Origin: an uncultured delta proteobacterium
GTDB lineage: Bacteria > Myxococcota_A > Polyangia > Polyangiales > Polyangiaceae
NCBI GenBank assembly: GCA_963841435.1
Contig: CAWJCS010000006.1
Location: 256,001 to 320,000, forward strand
Length of the DNA stretch: 64,000 nt
Direction: 5' to 3'
Part shown: positions 22,936-34,001 of the stretch, piece after piece
Layout of the letters: each line of letters begins with the position of its first letter
Numbering within the stretch: the stretch's first letter is position 1
Translations under genes and position numbers: made by a program
Notes under the pieces: model-generated
The model's input: the letters and a program-made list of their open reading frames with translations, nothing else
What the model was told of the DNA's origin: nothing
Database searches by the model: none

Positions 22936-25900
22936 ATGGCGCTTTTTCGCGCCATCGTGCGCTGGTCGCTCGGGAACCGCCCGGCGGTCGTGCTGCTCGC
23001 CCTGCTCCTCACGTTGCTCGGCGTGCATGCCGCCGTACGGTTGCCGATCGACGCGCAGCCGGACGTCACGAACGTCCAGGTACAGATCATCACGTCGGCC
23101 CCCGCGCTCTCTCCGGTCGAGGTCGAGCAGTACGTCACCGTGCCCGTGGAGCGCGCGATGGCCGGCATCCCGCGGACGACGGAGGTGCGCTCGATCTCGA
23201 AGTACGGCCTGTCCGTCGTCACCGTGAGCTTCGAGGACGGCACGGACACGTACTTCGCGCGGCAGCTCGTGAGCGAGCGCATGCCGGAGGCCGGCGAGGC
23301 CGTCCCCGCCCAGTACGGCCGCCCCGAGATGGGGCCGATCTCGTCCGCGCTCGGCGAGGTCTTTCAGTTCACGGTGGAGAACCCGAAGCTTACCCCCATG
23401 CAGCTCGAGGAGCTCCTCGACTGGCAGATAGGTCCGGTCCTCCGCACGGTGCCGGGGGTGGTCGAGGTGAACAGCTTCGGCGGGGAGGACCGGCAGTACC
23501 AGGTGGTGCTCGACCCGAAGCGCCTGCAGGCGACGGGCATCTCCGTGGCGGAGGTGATCGCCGCGCTCGAGCGCTCGAACGCGAACGCCGGCGGCGGCTA
23601 CATCGAGCACGCGCGCGAGCACTTCGTGATCGGCACGACGGGCCTCGTGAAGAGCCTCGACGACCTGAGGAACGCCGTCATCGGCGCGACGACGCAAGGC
23701 ATCCCGATCACCGTCGCGACCGTCGGGGACGTGAAGTTCGGGCCCCGTCTGCGCCGCGGCGCCGCCTCCAAGGACGGTGAGGGCGAGGTGGTCGTCGGGG
23801 TTGCGTTGATGCTGCTCGGGGAAAACTCCCGCACGGTGACGCTCGCGGTGAAGGACAAGCTCGCGGCGCTGAAGCCGTCCCTGCCCCCCGGCACGAAGGT
23901 GGAGGCGTTCTACGACCGCTCGGCGCTGGTCGACCGCACCATCCGGACCGTCGCCACGAACCTGCTCGAAGGCGCGCTGCTCGTCGTCGGCGTGCTCTTC
24001 TTGCTGCTCGGCAACGTCCGAGCCGGGCTCGTGGTGGCGGTCACCATCCCGCTCTCCCTGCTCGTCGCCGTCATCGCCATGAACGGGCTCGGGTTGTCGG
24101 GAAACCTGATGAGCCTCGGCGCGATCGACTTCGGGCTCATCGTCGACGGCGCCGTCATCATCGTCGAGAACGCGGTCCGCCGGCTCTCCGAGCGGCGGCG
24201 AGAGCTCGGGCGCGACCTCGAAGGGCCCGAGCGCCTGGCGCTCGTGGAGACGTCGACGCTCGAGGTGAGCTCCGCGAGCGTCTTCGGCGTCGCGATCATC
24301 GCCATCGTCTACGTGCCGGTGCTCGCGCTCACCGGCATCGAGGGCAAGCTATTCGGCCCGATGGCGACGACCGTGCTGCTCGCGCTCGGCGGCGCCTTCG
24401 TGCTGTCGCTGACGCTGGTTCCGGTGCTGACGAGCTACTTCGTCCGCCCCACCGCGGCCGAGCACGAGACGTTCTTGCTCCGCCTCGCGGCTCGGGCGTA
24501 CAGCCCCGCGCTCGCCTTCGCGATGCGGCGACGCGTCGCCACGGTTGGCGCTGCGGTCGTCGTGGTCGCGGCCGCGGCGGCCCTGTTCACGCGCGTGGGC
24601 GCCGAGTTCGTGCCGAAGCTCGACGAGGGCGACGTGCTGGTCGAGGCCCGGCGGCTCCCAGGCGTCGCGCTGACGGAATCCGTCGCGACGGACGCGCGGA
24701 TGCAGAAGGCGATCCTGACGGTCCCCGAGGTGTCACACGTCGTCAGCAAGACGGGCGCTCCCGAGCTCGCGACCGACCCGATGGGCATCGAGCAGACGGA
24801 CGTTTACATCGCCCTCCGGGACCGGAGCGCGTGGCGCGCCGGCGTCACCAAGGAGGACCTGGCCGGCGAGATCTCCGCGGCGCTCGAGCGCTCCGTGCCC
24901 GAGGTCGCGGTCGGCATCTCGCAGCCGATCGAGATGCGCACGAACGAGCTCGTCGCGGGCGTTCGCTCCGACGTGGCGGCCCTCGTCTACGGCCCGGACC
25001 TCGACGAGCTCGGCCGCCTGGGGGAGCGCGTCGCCCGGGCGCTGCGCGGCGTCCCCGGGGCGGAGGAGGTACGCGTCGAGCAGGTCGCGGGGCTGCGCTA
25101 CCTCGTGATCGACCCCGACCGGCAAAAGCTCGCCCGCTACGGCCTCGCCGTCGCGGACGTGAACCAAATCACGGAGACGATCGCCGTCGGCCACCACGTC
25201 GGCGACGTGCTCGAGGCCGAGCGGCGTTTCGGCATCGTGGTCAAGACGGACCACGGCTACGCTGGCGACCTCGGCGCTCTGCTCTCCCTTCCGCTCCGCT
25301 CGGTGAGCGGGCAGGTGGTTCCGCTCGGCGACGTGGCGCAGGCCCGTTTCTCGACCGGCCCCGCTCAGATCAGCCGCGACAGCCAGTCGCGCCGCATCAC
25401 CGTCGAGTTCAACGTCGAGGGTCGCGATCTCCTCTCCGTGGTGCACGACGCGCAGGCGGCCGTGGGGCGCGCCGTGAAGGTGCCGACCGGCTACCGCGTC
25501 GAATGGGGCGGCCAGTTCCACCACTACGAGGAGGCGCGCTCCCGCCTCGCCGTCGTCGTGCCGCTCGCGCTCGCGCTGATCGCGTTCCTTTTGTGGATGG
25601 CGCTCGACGACGTCCGCCGCGCGCTCGTGATCCTCCTGAATGTGCCCTTCGCGGTGGTCGGCGGCGTCGTCGCGCTCTACTTGCGCGACATCCCGTTCTC
25701 GATCTCGGCGGGTGTCGGCTTCATCGCTCTGTTCGGGGTCGCCGTGTTGAACGGCCTCGTCCTCATCGCCTTCGCCGATCAGCTCGAGAAGTCCGGCGCG
25801 CCGCCCACGCTCGCCATCCAGAAAGCCGCCGAGCTCCGGCTCCGCCCGGTCCTCATGACCGCGCTCGTCGCCTCGCTCGGCTTCGTCCCCATGGCGCTCT

Positions 25901-26046
25901 CCACCGCCCCCGGCAGCGAGGTCCAGCGCCCGCTCGCCACGGTCGTCATCGGCGGCCTGATCACCGCGACCCTGCTCACCTTGCTCGTGCTTCCGACCGT
26001 CTACTCCCTCGCGGCACGACGGCGTGGGGGCCCAGGAGGGGGGTAG
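22936..26046 (+). CDS. czcA: Heavy-metal RND permease (CzcA/CusA family)
   Basis: LPIDAQPDVTNVQV, NLMSLGAIDFGLIVDGAVIIVEN, RLRPVLMTA, GSEVQRPLA. Confidence 0.95.
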   Translation: MALFRAIVRWSLGNRPAVVLLALLLTLLGVHAAVRLPIDAQPDVTNVQVQIITSAPALSPVEVEQYVTVPVERAMAGIPRTTEVRSISKYGLSVVTVSFEDGTDTYFARQLVSERMPEAGEAVPAQYGRPEMGPISSALGEVFQFTVENPKLTPMQLEELLDWQIGPVLRTVPGVVEVNSFGGEDRQYQVVLDPKRLQATGISVAEVIAALERSNANAGGGYIEHAREHFVIGTTGLVKSLDDLRNAVIGATTQGIPITVATVGDVKFGPRLRRGAASKDGEGEVVVGVALMLLGENSRTVTLAVKDKLAALKPSLPPGTKVEAFYDRSALVDRTIRTVATNLLEGALLVVGVLFLLLGNVRAGLVVAVTIPLSLLVAVIAMNGLGLSGNLMSLGAIDFGLIVDGAVIIVENAVRRLSERRRELGRDLEGPERLALVETSTLEVSSASVFGVAIIAIVYVPVLALTGIEGKLFGPMATTVLLALGGAFVLSLTLVPVLTSYFVRPTAAEHETFLLRLAARAYSPALAFAMRRRVATVGAAVVVVAAAAALFTRVGAEFVPKLDEGDVLVEARRLPGVALTESVATDARMQKAILTVPEVSHVVSKTGAPELATDPMGIEQTDVYIALRDRSAWRAGVTKEDLAGEISAALERSVPEVAVGISQPIEMRTNELVAGVRSDVAALVYGPDLDELGRLGERVARALRGVPGAEEVRVEQVAGLRYLVIDPDRQKLARYGLAVADVNQITETIAVGHHVGDVLEAERRFGIVVKTDHGYAGDLGALLSLPLRSVSGQVVPLGDVAQARFSTGPAQISRDSQSRRITVEFNVEGRDLLSVVHDAQAAVGRAVKVPTGYRVEWGGQFHHYEEARSRLAVVVPLALALIAFLLWMALDDVRRALVILLNVPFAVVGGVVALYLRDIPFSISAGVGFIALFGVAVLNGLVLIAFADQLEKSGAPPTLAIQKAAELRLRPVLMTALVASLGFVPMALSTAPGSEVQRPLATVVIGGLITATLLTLLVLPTVYSLAARRRGGPGGG

Positions 26047-26254
26047 GCGGGGAGTTTTTGCGGAGCGACTCGAGCGTCACCGAAGCGAACCAATCGTCCG
26101 CGGAGCGGGCCCGGGCGTCGTTGGAGCGAACCGAGCGTCATCGGTGCAAGTCCTGACGACACGGCTTGCAGTTTCGGCTTAAGCGCCCCCTGTGGGCCGA
26201 GCGTGGAGATGTTGGAGAAGGCAGAAAATCGGATTCCAAGCAGCTGAAATCGTT

Positions 26255-26287
26255 GTGGAGGCGCCGGGAATTGCACCGTCGCATATG
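26255..26287 (-). repeat. att-like repeat A: 19-bp tmRNA 3'-end copy plus 14-bp non-tmRNA arm
   Basis: gtggaggcgccgggaattg is identical to 30161-30179 and is followed by caccgtcgcatatg, shared with 30027-30059. Confidence 0.85.
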
Positions 26288-26431
26288 CGGGCCCAGGTGG
26301 CGCAGCTCATCGAGGACCTCGACCGCCTGCCGCGCCGGGTAGCACGGAGGGTGTTGACCGAGGCGGACGCGGCGCTGCTGCAGGCGGTTCTCAGCGACGA
26401 GTTCGACTGATTTGCCTCGTGTCGGGGGCGC

Positions 26432-26785
26432 TCAGCCAGCTCTCCAGTTGTCGATGACCATCTCGTACCCGACGGCGCGCACATGCTCAAAATGGGTGAC
26501 GTTGCCGGTGACGATCGGCAAATCGGCGTTGATTCGACCGGCCAGGCGCCCAGCCGCATCGTCGAAGGGCAGAACTTCCGCGGCCGCCAGGGACGCCTCG
26601 AAGTGAGCCACGCGATCTTCGCGCCCCATCCGTCGAAAGCCGTAGACGATCTCGGCCACCGTAACGGCCAACGTCGTGAACCGTCCGTGTTGTGCCAGAT
26701 ACGCCGCGGCTCTTGCTGCAACGGCAGCGTCCTTGTCCTTGATGATCTCTGAGAGGATGTCGGTGTCGAGCAAACGCCTACTCAT
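26432..26785 (-). pseudogene. vapC: PIN/VapC toxin with internal in-frame deletion
   Basis: LLDTD, T.AEI..G and VTGN..HF are present, but the D..IAA.A segment between RINADL and PIVTGN is missing. Confidence 0.7.
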
Positions 26786-27026
26786 CGATCGTCCGCATGC
26801 TAGCGGTGGTCCGCGCCTGGTAGACGAGCGAACACATTTGGTTAACGAGTTCCGGCTCGTCTGCCATTAGTCCAAGCAGCGAAGGTACAGGGGACGCACC
26901 GACCGGCGGCGGCTTGGGTGTATCCTGGTCAGCGTCGTGCACGGCGCGCTCGATGAGTCGGCGACGCTCGTCGAGCGGCAGACGACGAATCGCAGCGAGG
27001 ATCTCGTCTGTGCTGGGGGAGGCCAC
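26778..27026 (-). CDS. Putative antitoxin
   Basis: 82 aa, overlaps the PIN start; ILAAIRRLPLDERRRLI and SLLGLMADEPE motifs. Confidence 0.65.
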   Translation of the reverse strand: MASPSTDEILAAIRRLPLDERRRLIERAVHDADQDTPKPPPVGASPVPSLLGLMADEPELVNQMCSLVYQARTTASMRTIDE

Positions 27027-27336
27027 GGCTTAGTATAGCGTCCGCCGAGAGCTCGGAAAGCCGGGCTGAAAACGCTTCGTTTCAGGCTTAGGCCCCTGGC
27101 GTTGGCCCATGCAGACGCTGGTGGCTTGCCTACGGCAGGCTAGGATGCCGATTTCGGGCAAGGGTGACGATGACGGCGACGTCGGCACGACGCTCCTGGT
27201 GCAGCCACCAGACGAGAGTCTGGGCGGTGGTACCTTGCCCATGGATCGCACCGTTCCCACAGGCGGGCGCGGCTGCATCGTCGCGACGACTTGCTCCAGG
27301 ACCGCATCGGCAGACACCAGCTCTTGTCCGGCTGCA

Positions 27337-27624
27337 GTGGTCTCGCCGGTTGGGTCCTTGACGTTGACAGCCGCGTTGGACCTGCACGACTTCGTGATCG
27401 AGGTGGAGTTCGCCGACGGGATGGCTGGCGAGTACGATCTTTCGCCGTTGTTCGCCAAGAACACGGTGCTGACCCGGCCGTGGGTGGATGCCGATTACTT
27501 CAAGCGGTTCATGATCGATCTCGGTGCGCTCGGCTGGCCCAACGGGCTCGAGCTCGGCCCCGAGACGATTCGGCGACGGCTCGAGGAGCAAGGCAAGCTC
27601 CATCGGTCCCAACGCGTCGCCTGA
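27337..27624 (+). CDS. DUF2442-family protein (5' end uncertain or truncated)
   Basis: IEVEFADG...DL.......F....ID.G.L.WPNG.EL.PE motif; no DUF4160 partner visible upstream. Confidence 0.7.
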   Translation: MVSPVGSLTLTAALDLHDFVIEVEFADGMAGEYDLSPLFAKNTVLTRPWVDADYFKRFMIDLGALGWPNGLELGPETIRRRLEEQGKLHRSQRVA

Positions 27625-27798
27625 GGAGGCCGTGGCGCGCCACGCGCGCAAGTGGGCGGGCGGAGCAGGACGTTGTTCCGCTCCCTCACCCTCCCACCTC
27701 CCGTTGCTTTCCATGGCCGACAATCCCTCAGCCGCAATTGCTCGAGGCGTATACCGCCGGGTGTTCGGTTTCGGCAGAGCTGCTAACCTTCCCCGACC

Positions 27799-29238
27799 GT
27801 GGTGGAAGGACCTCCCGCGCTCAGGACAAGGGCTGTCGGCGCCGTGAGACCGGCCTTGTACCTCGCCGCGCTCGCGCTCGGCGCTCTCTCGGCGCTCGGG
27901 GGTTGCGCGGACAAGTCGGCAGCAGACGACGACGCGCCGCACGCTGCGCGCAGTGGCGCCGGGGCGGCGGGTGCGGCCGCGGGCAGGGGTGGAGGCGCCG
28001 GCTCCGCGCCCCTCGCGGGCGGCGGTGGAGGCTCGGGTACCGGCGGCGTCGCCGGCGCGGCGGGCTCGGCCACGGCGGGCGGCGGGGGCACGGTGTGGGC
28101 GGGCGCGTCTGGGGGCGGCGGCGAGGGCGGCGGCGAGGGCGGAGAGAGCGCCGGCGGCATCGGCCCCGCAGGCGCGGGCGGCGCCGGGCCGGACGAGGGA
28201 GTCTGTGATGGCGACTTCCAGATCAACACGCTGGACCAGTTCGCCGAGTTCTCGGCGCGGCACTGCCGCGTCGTGACGGGAAACCTCGCGATCGCGATCG
28301 TGGACGGGCTCGAGGATATGACGGGCCTCGAGAGCTTGGAGGAAGTTCAGGGCACCGCTTCTATCGGCTACGACCCGGATCTCGGCTCGCTCGTCGGCCT
28401 GGGCAATCTGCACCGCGTCGATATCCTCAACATCGGTGATAGCCCCATCCTTGCGAGCCTTGTCGGGCTCGAAGGCCTCGAACAGGTGCGGCACTTCTAC
28501 CTGACTCGCCTCCCGCACCTCCTCGATCTCTCGGGCCTCGACGGCCTCAAGACCATCACGGGGTCCCTCATCATCGACGAGGCCCCGTCGCTCCAGAGCT
28601 TCGAGGGTCTGAGCTCGATCGAGTCGATGATGGGGCTCGTCGTCCAGTCCTGTGCGTCGTTGCCGGATTTCACGGGGCTCGAGCGACTGAGCGAGCTGTC
28701 GATCGTGTCTGGCCCGAATCCGTCACTCACGTCGCTAGCCGGGCTCGAGTCGCTGGTCAACGCGAACATCGGAGTCGAGGACAGCCCGCTACTCACCGAC
28801 ATCTCGGCGCTTTCGGGTCTACAGGACGCCGAATTCGTGGTGTTCCGGAACGTGGGGCTTTCGGATCTGTCGGGGCTGGAGAGCTTGGTGTCGGCGCATG
28901 CGATCCAGCTGTCGAAGAACGAGCAGCTGGTGGATCTTTCGGGGCTCGAGAATCTGACCGAGATCCGTTCGAATTTGCAGGTGATCGACAATCCGGTGGT
29001 CCAGAATCTGGATGCGCTCGGGTCGGTGACGAGTATCCCGCAGGGGGTTTGGATTTCGGGCAATGCCGAGCTGGAGCATCTCGGGCTCGGTGCGCTGACG
29101 CAGGCGGGGACGTCGTTCCAGGTTTACGACAACCCGAAGCTGCCAGAGTGTCAGGTGGACGAGCTGCTACAGCAGATTGGGATCACGTGTCCGATCAATG
29201 CGTGCAGGGGGAATGACACGGCGGGGACGTGTCCATGA
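27799..29238 (+). CDS. Receptor-L-domain/LRR-like lipoprotein
   Basis: Lipobox LGGC, Gly-rich linker, repeated L..L.GLE.L..I...L.I..N units, C-terminal NPKLP.C. Confidence 0.8.
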   Translation: MVEGPPALRTRAVGAVRPALYLAALALGALSALGGCADKSAADDDAPHAARSGAGAAGAAAGRGGGAGSAPLAGGGGGSGTGGVAGAAGSATAGGGGTVWAGASGGGGEGGGEGGESAGGIGPAGAGGAGPDEGVCDGDFQINTLDQFAEFSARHCRVVTGNLAIAIVDGLEDMTGLESLEEVQGTASIGYDPDLGSLVGLGNLHRVDILNIGDSPILASLVGLEGLEQVRHFYLTRLPHLLDLSGLDGLKTITGSLIIDEAPSLQSFEGLSSIESMMGLVVQSCASLPDFTGLERLSELSIVSGPNPSLTSLAGLESLVNANIGVEDSPLLTDISALSGLQDAEFVVFRNVGLSDLSGLESLVSAHAIQLSKNEQLVDLSGLENLTEIRSNLQVIDNPVVQNLDALGSVTSIPQGVWISGNAELEHLGLGALTQAGTSFQVYDNPKLPECQVDELLQQIGITCPINACRGNDTAGTCP

Positions 29239-29405
29239 GATGCGCGGAGTCTCTCAAGCCCACATGATCGTTCGCTGACGGATCAACTCGTTCGCACGGC
29301 GTAGTGTGCCCAAACCAGATCACCCGGAGATTGCGGCCAGCATCGCCGAGCTCCTCGACGCGAGACCGACCACTGCGAGAGTTTCATGCCGTTGAATTGA
29401 AGCCG

Positions 29406-29815
29406 ATGCAAAACTCGACATCATCATTCGGCTTCGCTGATCCAGCGCTCGCGACTTCGCCGGCGGTAGTTGCGGAGGTCCCCCCCCCAGCCTCGGCACC
29501 AAGGCGGCGTTGCTCGATGAGCTGGATCGGCGCCTGCAGTTTCCCGATTACTTTGGAGAGAACTGGGATGCGCTGGATGAGTGCATTCGCGACCTGTCCT
29601 GGTTGCCGCCAGGTGCTGTCATCGTGAAGCACGTCAACCTGCCGCTCGTCGCTGACCTAGCGAACCTGAAGAAGTACCTCTCGATTCTCAGGGATGCGGT
29701 GCAAGAGTGGTCGAGTTCGGGAGAGCGAGAGCTAATTGTCGTGTTTCCGCCTGAAACTCAGGAGCGAATCGCTTGGCTACTGCGCTCGGCAGCGCGTGAT
29801 GCTGAGACCCCGTGA
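29406..29815 (+). CDS. Barstar-family immunity protein, frameshifted in a C9 tract (29480-29488)
   Basis: TKAALLDEL...LQFPDYFGENWDALDECIRDLSWLP; the N-terminal part lies in another frame. Confidence 0.75.
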
Positions 29816-30026
29816 TCGAGAATCCCATCGTATGGCGGCCGCTCTCAGGCCCGCGGGGGAGCGAGGGGTCCGCGAGGCTATCCCATCGCTGAGCAGCGGC
29901 GGCGCGAGATGGCGACGACGAGCGACGCCACGATGTTTACGGCGCCGGAGCGCGGGGCCCGAGTCGTTTACCTCGGGCGCGGACCCGGGCGACGGCGTTA
30001 CGGCGCCGAGCGTTGCGGTCCGTTGG

Positions 30027-30059
30027 GTGGAGGCGCCAGGAATTGCACCGTCGCATATG
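30027..30059 (-). repeat. att-like repeat B (32/33 identical to repeat A)
   Basis: gtggaggcgccAggaattgcaccgtcgcatatg. Confidence 0.85.
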
Positions 30060-30135
30060 TCGATGGATCGCGCCGCGCGGTCCGGAATGGACAGCGCACG
30101 GCGTCGCACGAAGGTCTAAATTCCCGGCGGCGACA

Positions 30136-30160
30136 CGCTCCCGCCCAATGGGCGGGAGCG
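30136..30160 (-). terminator. GC-rich hairpin directly after the tmRNA 3' end
   Basis: cgctcccgccc-aat-gggcgggagcg, a perfect 11-bp stem with no U-tract. Confidence 0.55.
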
Positions 30161-30501
30161 GTGGAGGCGCCGGGAATTGAACCCGGGTCCGCGAGGCTTC
30201 CGGTCAGCCTTCGTTCACGTGCGTAGCCGCATTGCCCAAGCGGCGGGGTTGCCGGATTCGGCCGGCGCCTAGCTTCCGGTTTTCTCGACCCCGACGCCGG
30301 AAGCGTCGGCGGGGCCCAGCCTTAGTATTGACGCCCTTCCGCTACCAAGACGATCTCACGGTCGGACGGCTTTCACTGTTTTTTAGGCAGCGAGAGCGAT
30401 TGCGTTGTCGTTCGCAATTGGTACGGCCCGATTTTGAAGAGGGTCGGGTGCCTCCGCACGCAGACTAACGTTCAGTCCCCACGTCGAAACCGATCGCCCC
30501 C
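30160..30501 (-). ncRNA. ssrA: tmRNA, tag peptide ANDNAIALAA
   Basis: 5' GGGGGCGATCGGTTTCGAC; 3' GGGTTCAATTCCCGGCGCCTCCA(CC); reading frame GCG AAC GAC AAC GCA ATC GCT CTC GCT GCC TAA. Confidence 0.97.
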
Positions 30502-30523
30502 GAAGGGGTGTGGGTGGACTTTC

Positions 30524-30551
30524 AACCTAACGCCCGGGGCGGGGGAGTCAA
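30524..30551 (-). promoter_or_regulatory. sigma70-type promoter of ssrA
   Basis: TTGACT-16 nt-TAGGTT, about 22 nt upstream of the mature 5' end. Confidence 0.55.
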
Positions 30552-30585
30552 GCGACGGCCAGGCCGGTGAGCCGGCGGAACAGGG

Positions 30586-32247
<1,662 letters not shown>

Positions 32248-32486
32248 TCAATTCGCCCTCTCGGCGCAGCGTCACTGCCGAAAAGATGGCAGCCGCCCGC
32301 CGAGGACTCGAAAGCCAGCCCGCAGAAGGCGCCCGAGGGGCCACCTACTACGGACCCGCAGCGTACACGCGAAACCTCATGAACGCACGGATTCCTTTTG
32401 CCATTGCGGAAGCCGCGAGTCGTGCGCACGTTGTAAAGACGAGTGTCGGGTGCGCGACGACGCCGACGGTAGCAACCCCCCGGGGC

Positions 32487-33461
32487 TCAGTAGGTATCTG
32501 CGCCTGCGCGTCGTTGCCAGCCCTCCACGACGGCGCGCCGGTCGAGCTCCGCGGCTTTGGTCGGGAACGTCCCGGCGGGCGCATCGAACACGAGAGTCGT
32601 TGATTCCGGGCGGACGCTCGCCGCTTTGATCCGCTCCGTCGCTTCCGCGGGCATGGCGCCGCCAATCGCCACGACCGCGTTGCCGTTGGTCCCCGTGGCT
32701 CCGAATTCAACGCCCGCCGAGCAAGCCGGGCTCGCGCAGCGCACGCTCCCACGAGCGCACTCGTTTATCCCGCTCTCGCCCGGAGGCCCTCCGCTGCCGC
32801 CCGACACGTCGATCCCGAATCCCGAAAGCTTGCTTGGCGACAACAGCTCGGCGGCGACGAGCAGTAGCTTTCCGCCGGGAGAGCCGTTCTCCCCGGTGTG
32901 CCCGCGAATGGCCGCCAGGGACCCTTCCGCGGTCGGGCAGGCGCATCGGTTGCCGTCGTCAACGCAGAGCGCCTGAATCTCCCGGTCCGTGGGAGGGTTG
33001 AAGGCGATGCTGGCGAAGGTAGCGCGCTTGCCGCGCCGACCCCGTGTTCCCCGGGCGTCGAAGATCACGTTCTTACCGAGCGAGAGGCCGTTGGTCGCCA
33101 CGATCGCCAGGGTCACGCCGTCGCGCACTCCGATGATCGTGTTGTCGGGGATCATCAAACAGGCGTCAGATATCAGGGTATCTTCGGTGAAGCGTAGCGT
33201 CGGCAAGCGTCGAAACGTCTTGCAGTGCTCCCCGCCCGCCATCTTGACGGGCGCTCCCTGAATTTCGGGGACGAACGCCGAGCGAGCGTCGGTCTTCCAG
33301 CTCACCCCGCTCACGTCGGCGACGGGCGCGGGCGGCGTGGCGGGATGGACGAGCGCGGGTGCCGCAGGCGCTTCGGCAGGCCGCGCGCGCTCGCACGACG
33401 GCGTCGCGAGCGCGAAGACAAGGCCCGCGCCGCGGACCGCGAACCCAAGCATGTGACGCAT
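32487..33461 (-). CDS. Hypothetical lipoprotein with Gly-X-Y (collagen-like) stretches
   Basis: Signal peptide ending PSC; GxxGxxG runs; Cys pairs. Confidence 0.6.
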   Translation of the reverse strand: MRHMLGFAVRGAGLVFALATPSCERARPAEAPAAPALVHPATPPAPVADVSGVSWKTDARSAFVPEIQGAPVKMAGGEHCKTFRRLPTLRFTEDTLISDACLMIPDNTIIGVRDGVTLAIVATNGLSLGKNVIFDARGTRGRRGKRATFASIAFNPPTDREIQALCVDDGNRCACPTAEGSLAAIRGHTGENGSPGGKLLLVAAELLSPSKLSGFGIDVSGGSGGPPGESGINECARGSVRCASPACSAGVEFGATGTNGNAVVAIGGAMPAEATERIKAASVRPESTTLVFDAPAGTFPTKAAELDRRAVVEGWQRRAGADTY

Positions 33462-33649
33462 TTCCGGTTCTTCTCCTGGTCGGCCGGCGAGCCTCGGCGA
33501 GCCTCGGGCAAGCTAGCTGCATGATTCGAGCCATCGTCGGGCGCGCGCGAGACGCATGGTCGCCGAGTGCTTCGAACAGGGGCGGCCCATTCAGGTCCAT
33601 CAAAGTGACCTCGCATCACTTCAACTTGAACGAGGTGTCGGCGTGGCGA

Positions 33650-33943
33650 TCAACCCCACGGCCGCCGGGCGACCCCACGCGAGAGCAGGTGGATCAGTCC
33701 AACGAGGCCCGCCGAGCCGATGATCGACCAGAGGATTGGGAACGGATGTCCGTCGATCGAGACGACCAGGACCCCGGGCAGACGGAAAAATTGAGCGACG
33801 AGCGTCCCGAGCAGAGCGCCCACGAAGCCTATCGCGATCGAAACGAGAAAGCTGCCGGAGCCGCCCGCGAACGAGCGCCCGACCGCGCCGCAAATGCCCG
33901 CCACGACCAGCAACACCAGCAACCCCATCGGCGTCATCGTCAT
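33650..33943 (-). CDS. GlsB/YeaQ/YmgE stress membrane protein
   Basis: GFLVSIAIGFVGALLG-like and FPILWSIIGS motifs. Confidence 0.8.
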   Translation of the reverse strand: MTMTPMGLLVLLVVAGICGAVGRSFAGGSGSFLVSIAIGFVGALLGTLVAQFFRLPGVLVVSIDGHPFPILWSIIGSAGLVGLIHLLSRGVARRPWG

Positions 33944-33956
33944 GCGTCGATGTCGT

Positions 33957-33972
33957 TGCAAGAGCTGCGCCG
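33957..33972 (-). promoter_or_regulatory. sigma54 promoter (predicted 3-nt leader)
   Basis: CGGCGCAGCTCTTGCA, GG-N10-GC. Confidence 0.6.
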
Positions 33973-34001
33973 TCTGGCGGGAGCGCCGTCGGACGGCGGT
34001 G

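Noticed and set aside
26255-30179. CRISPR array or extra tRNA genes
   Set aside because: Only three irregularly spaced copies, each matching the tmRNA 3' end; no full cloverleaf and no cas genes
32265-32280. sigma54-like motif upstream of groEL (CGGCAGTGACGCTGCG)
   Set aside because: Spacing fits, but the match is weak enough to arise by chance in high-GC DNA
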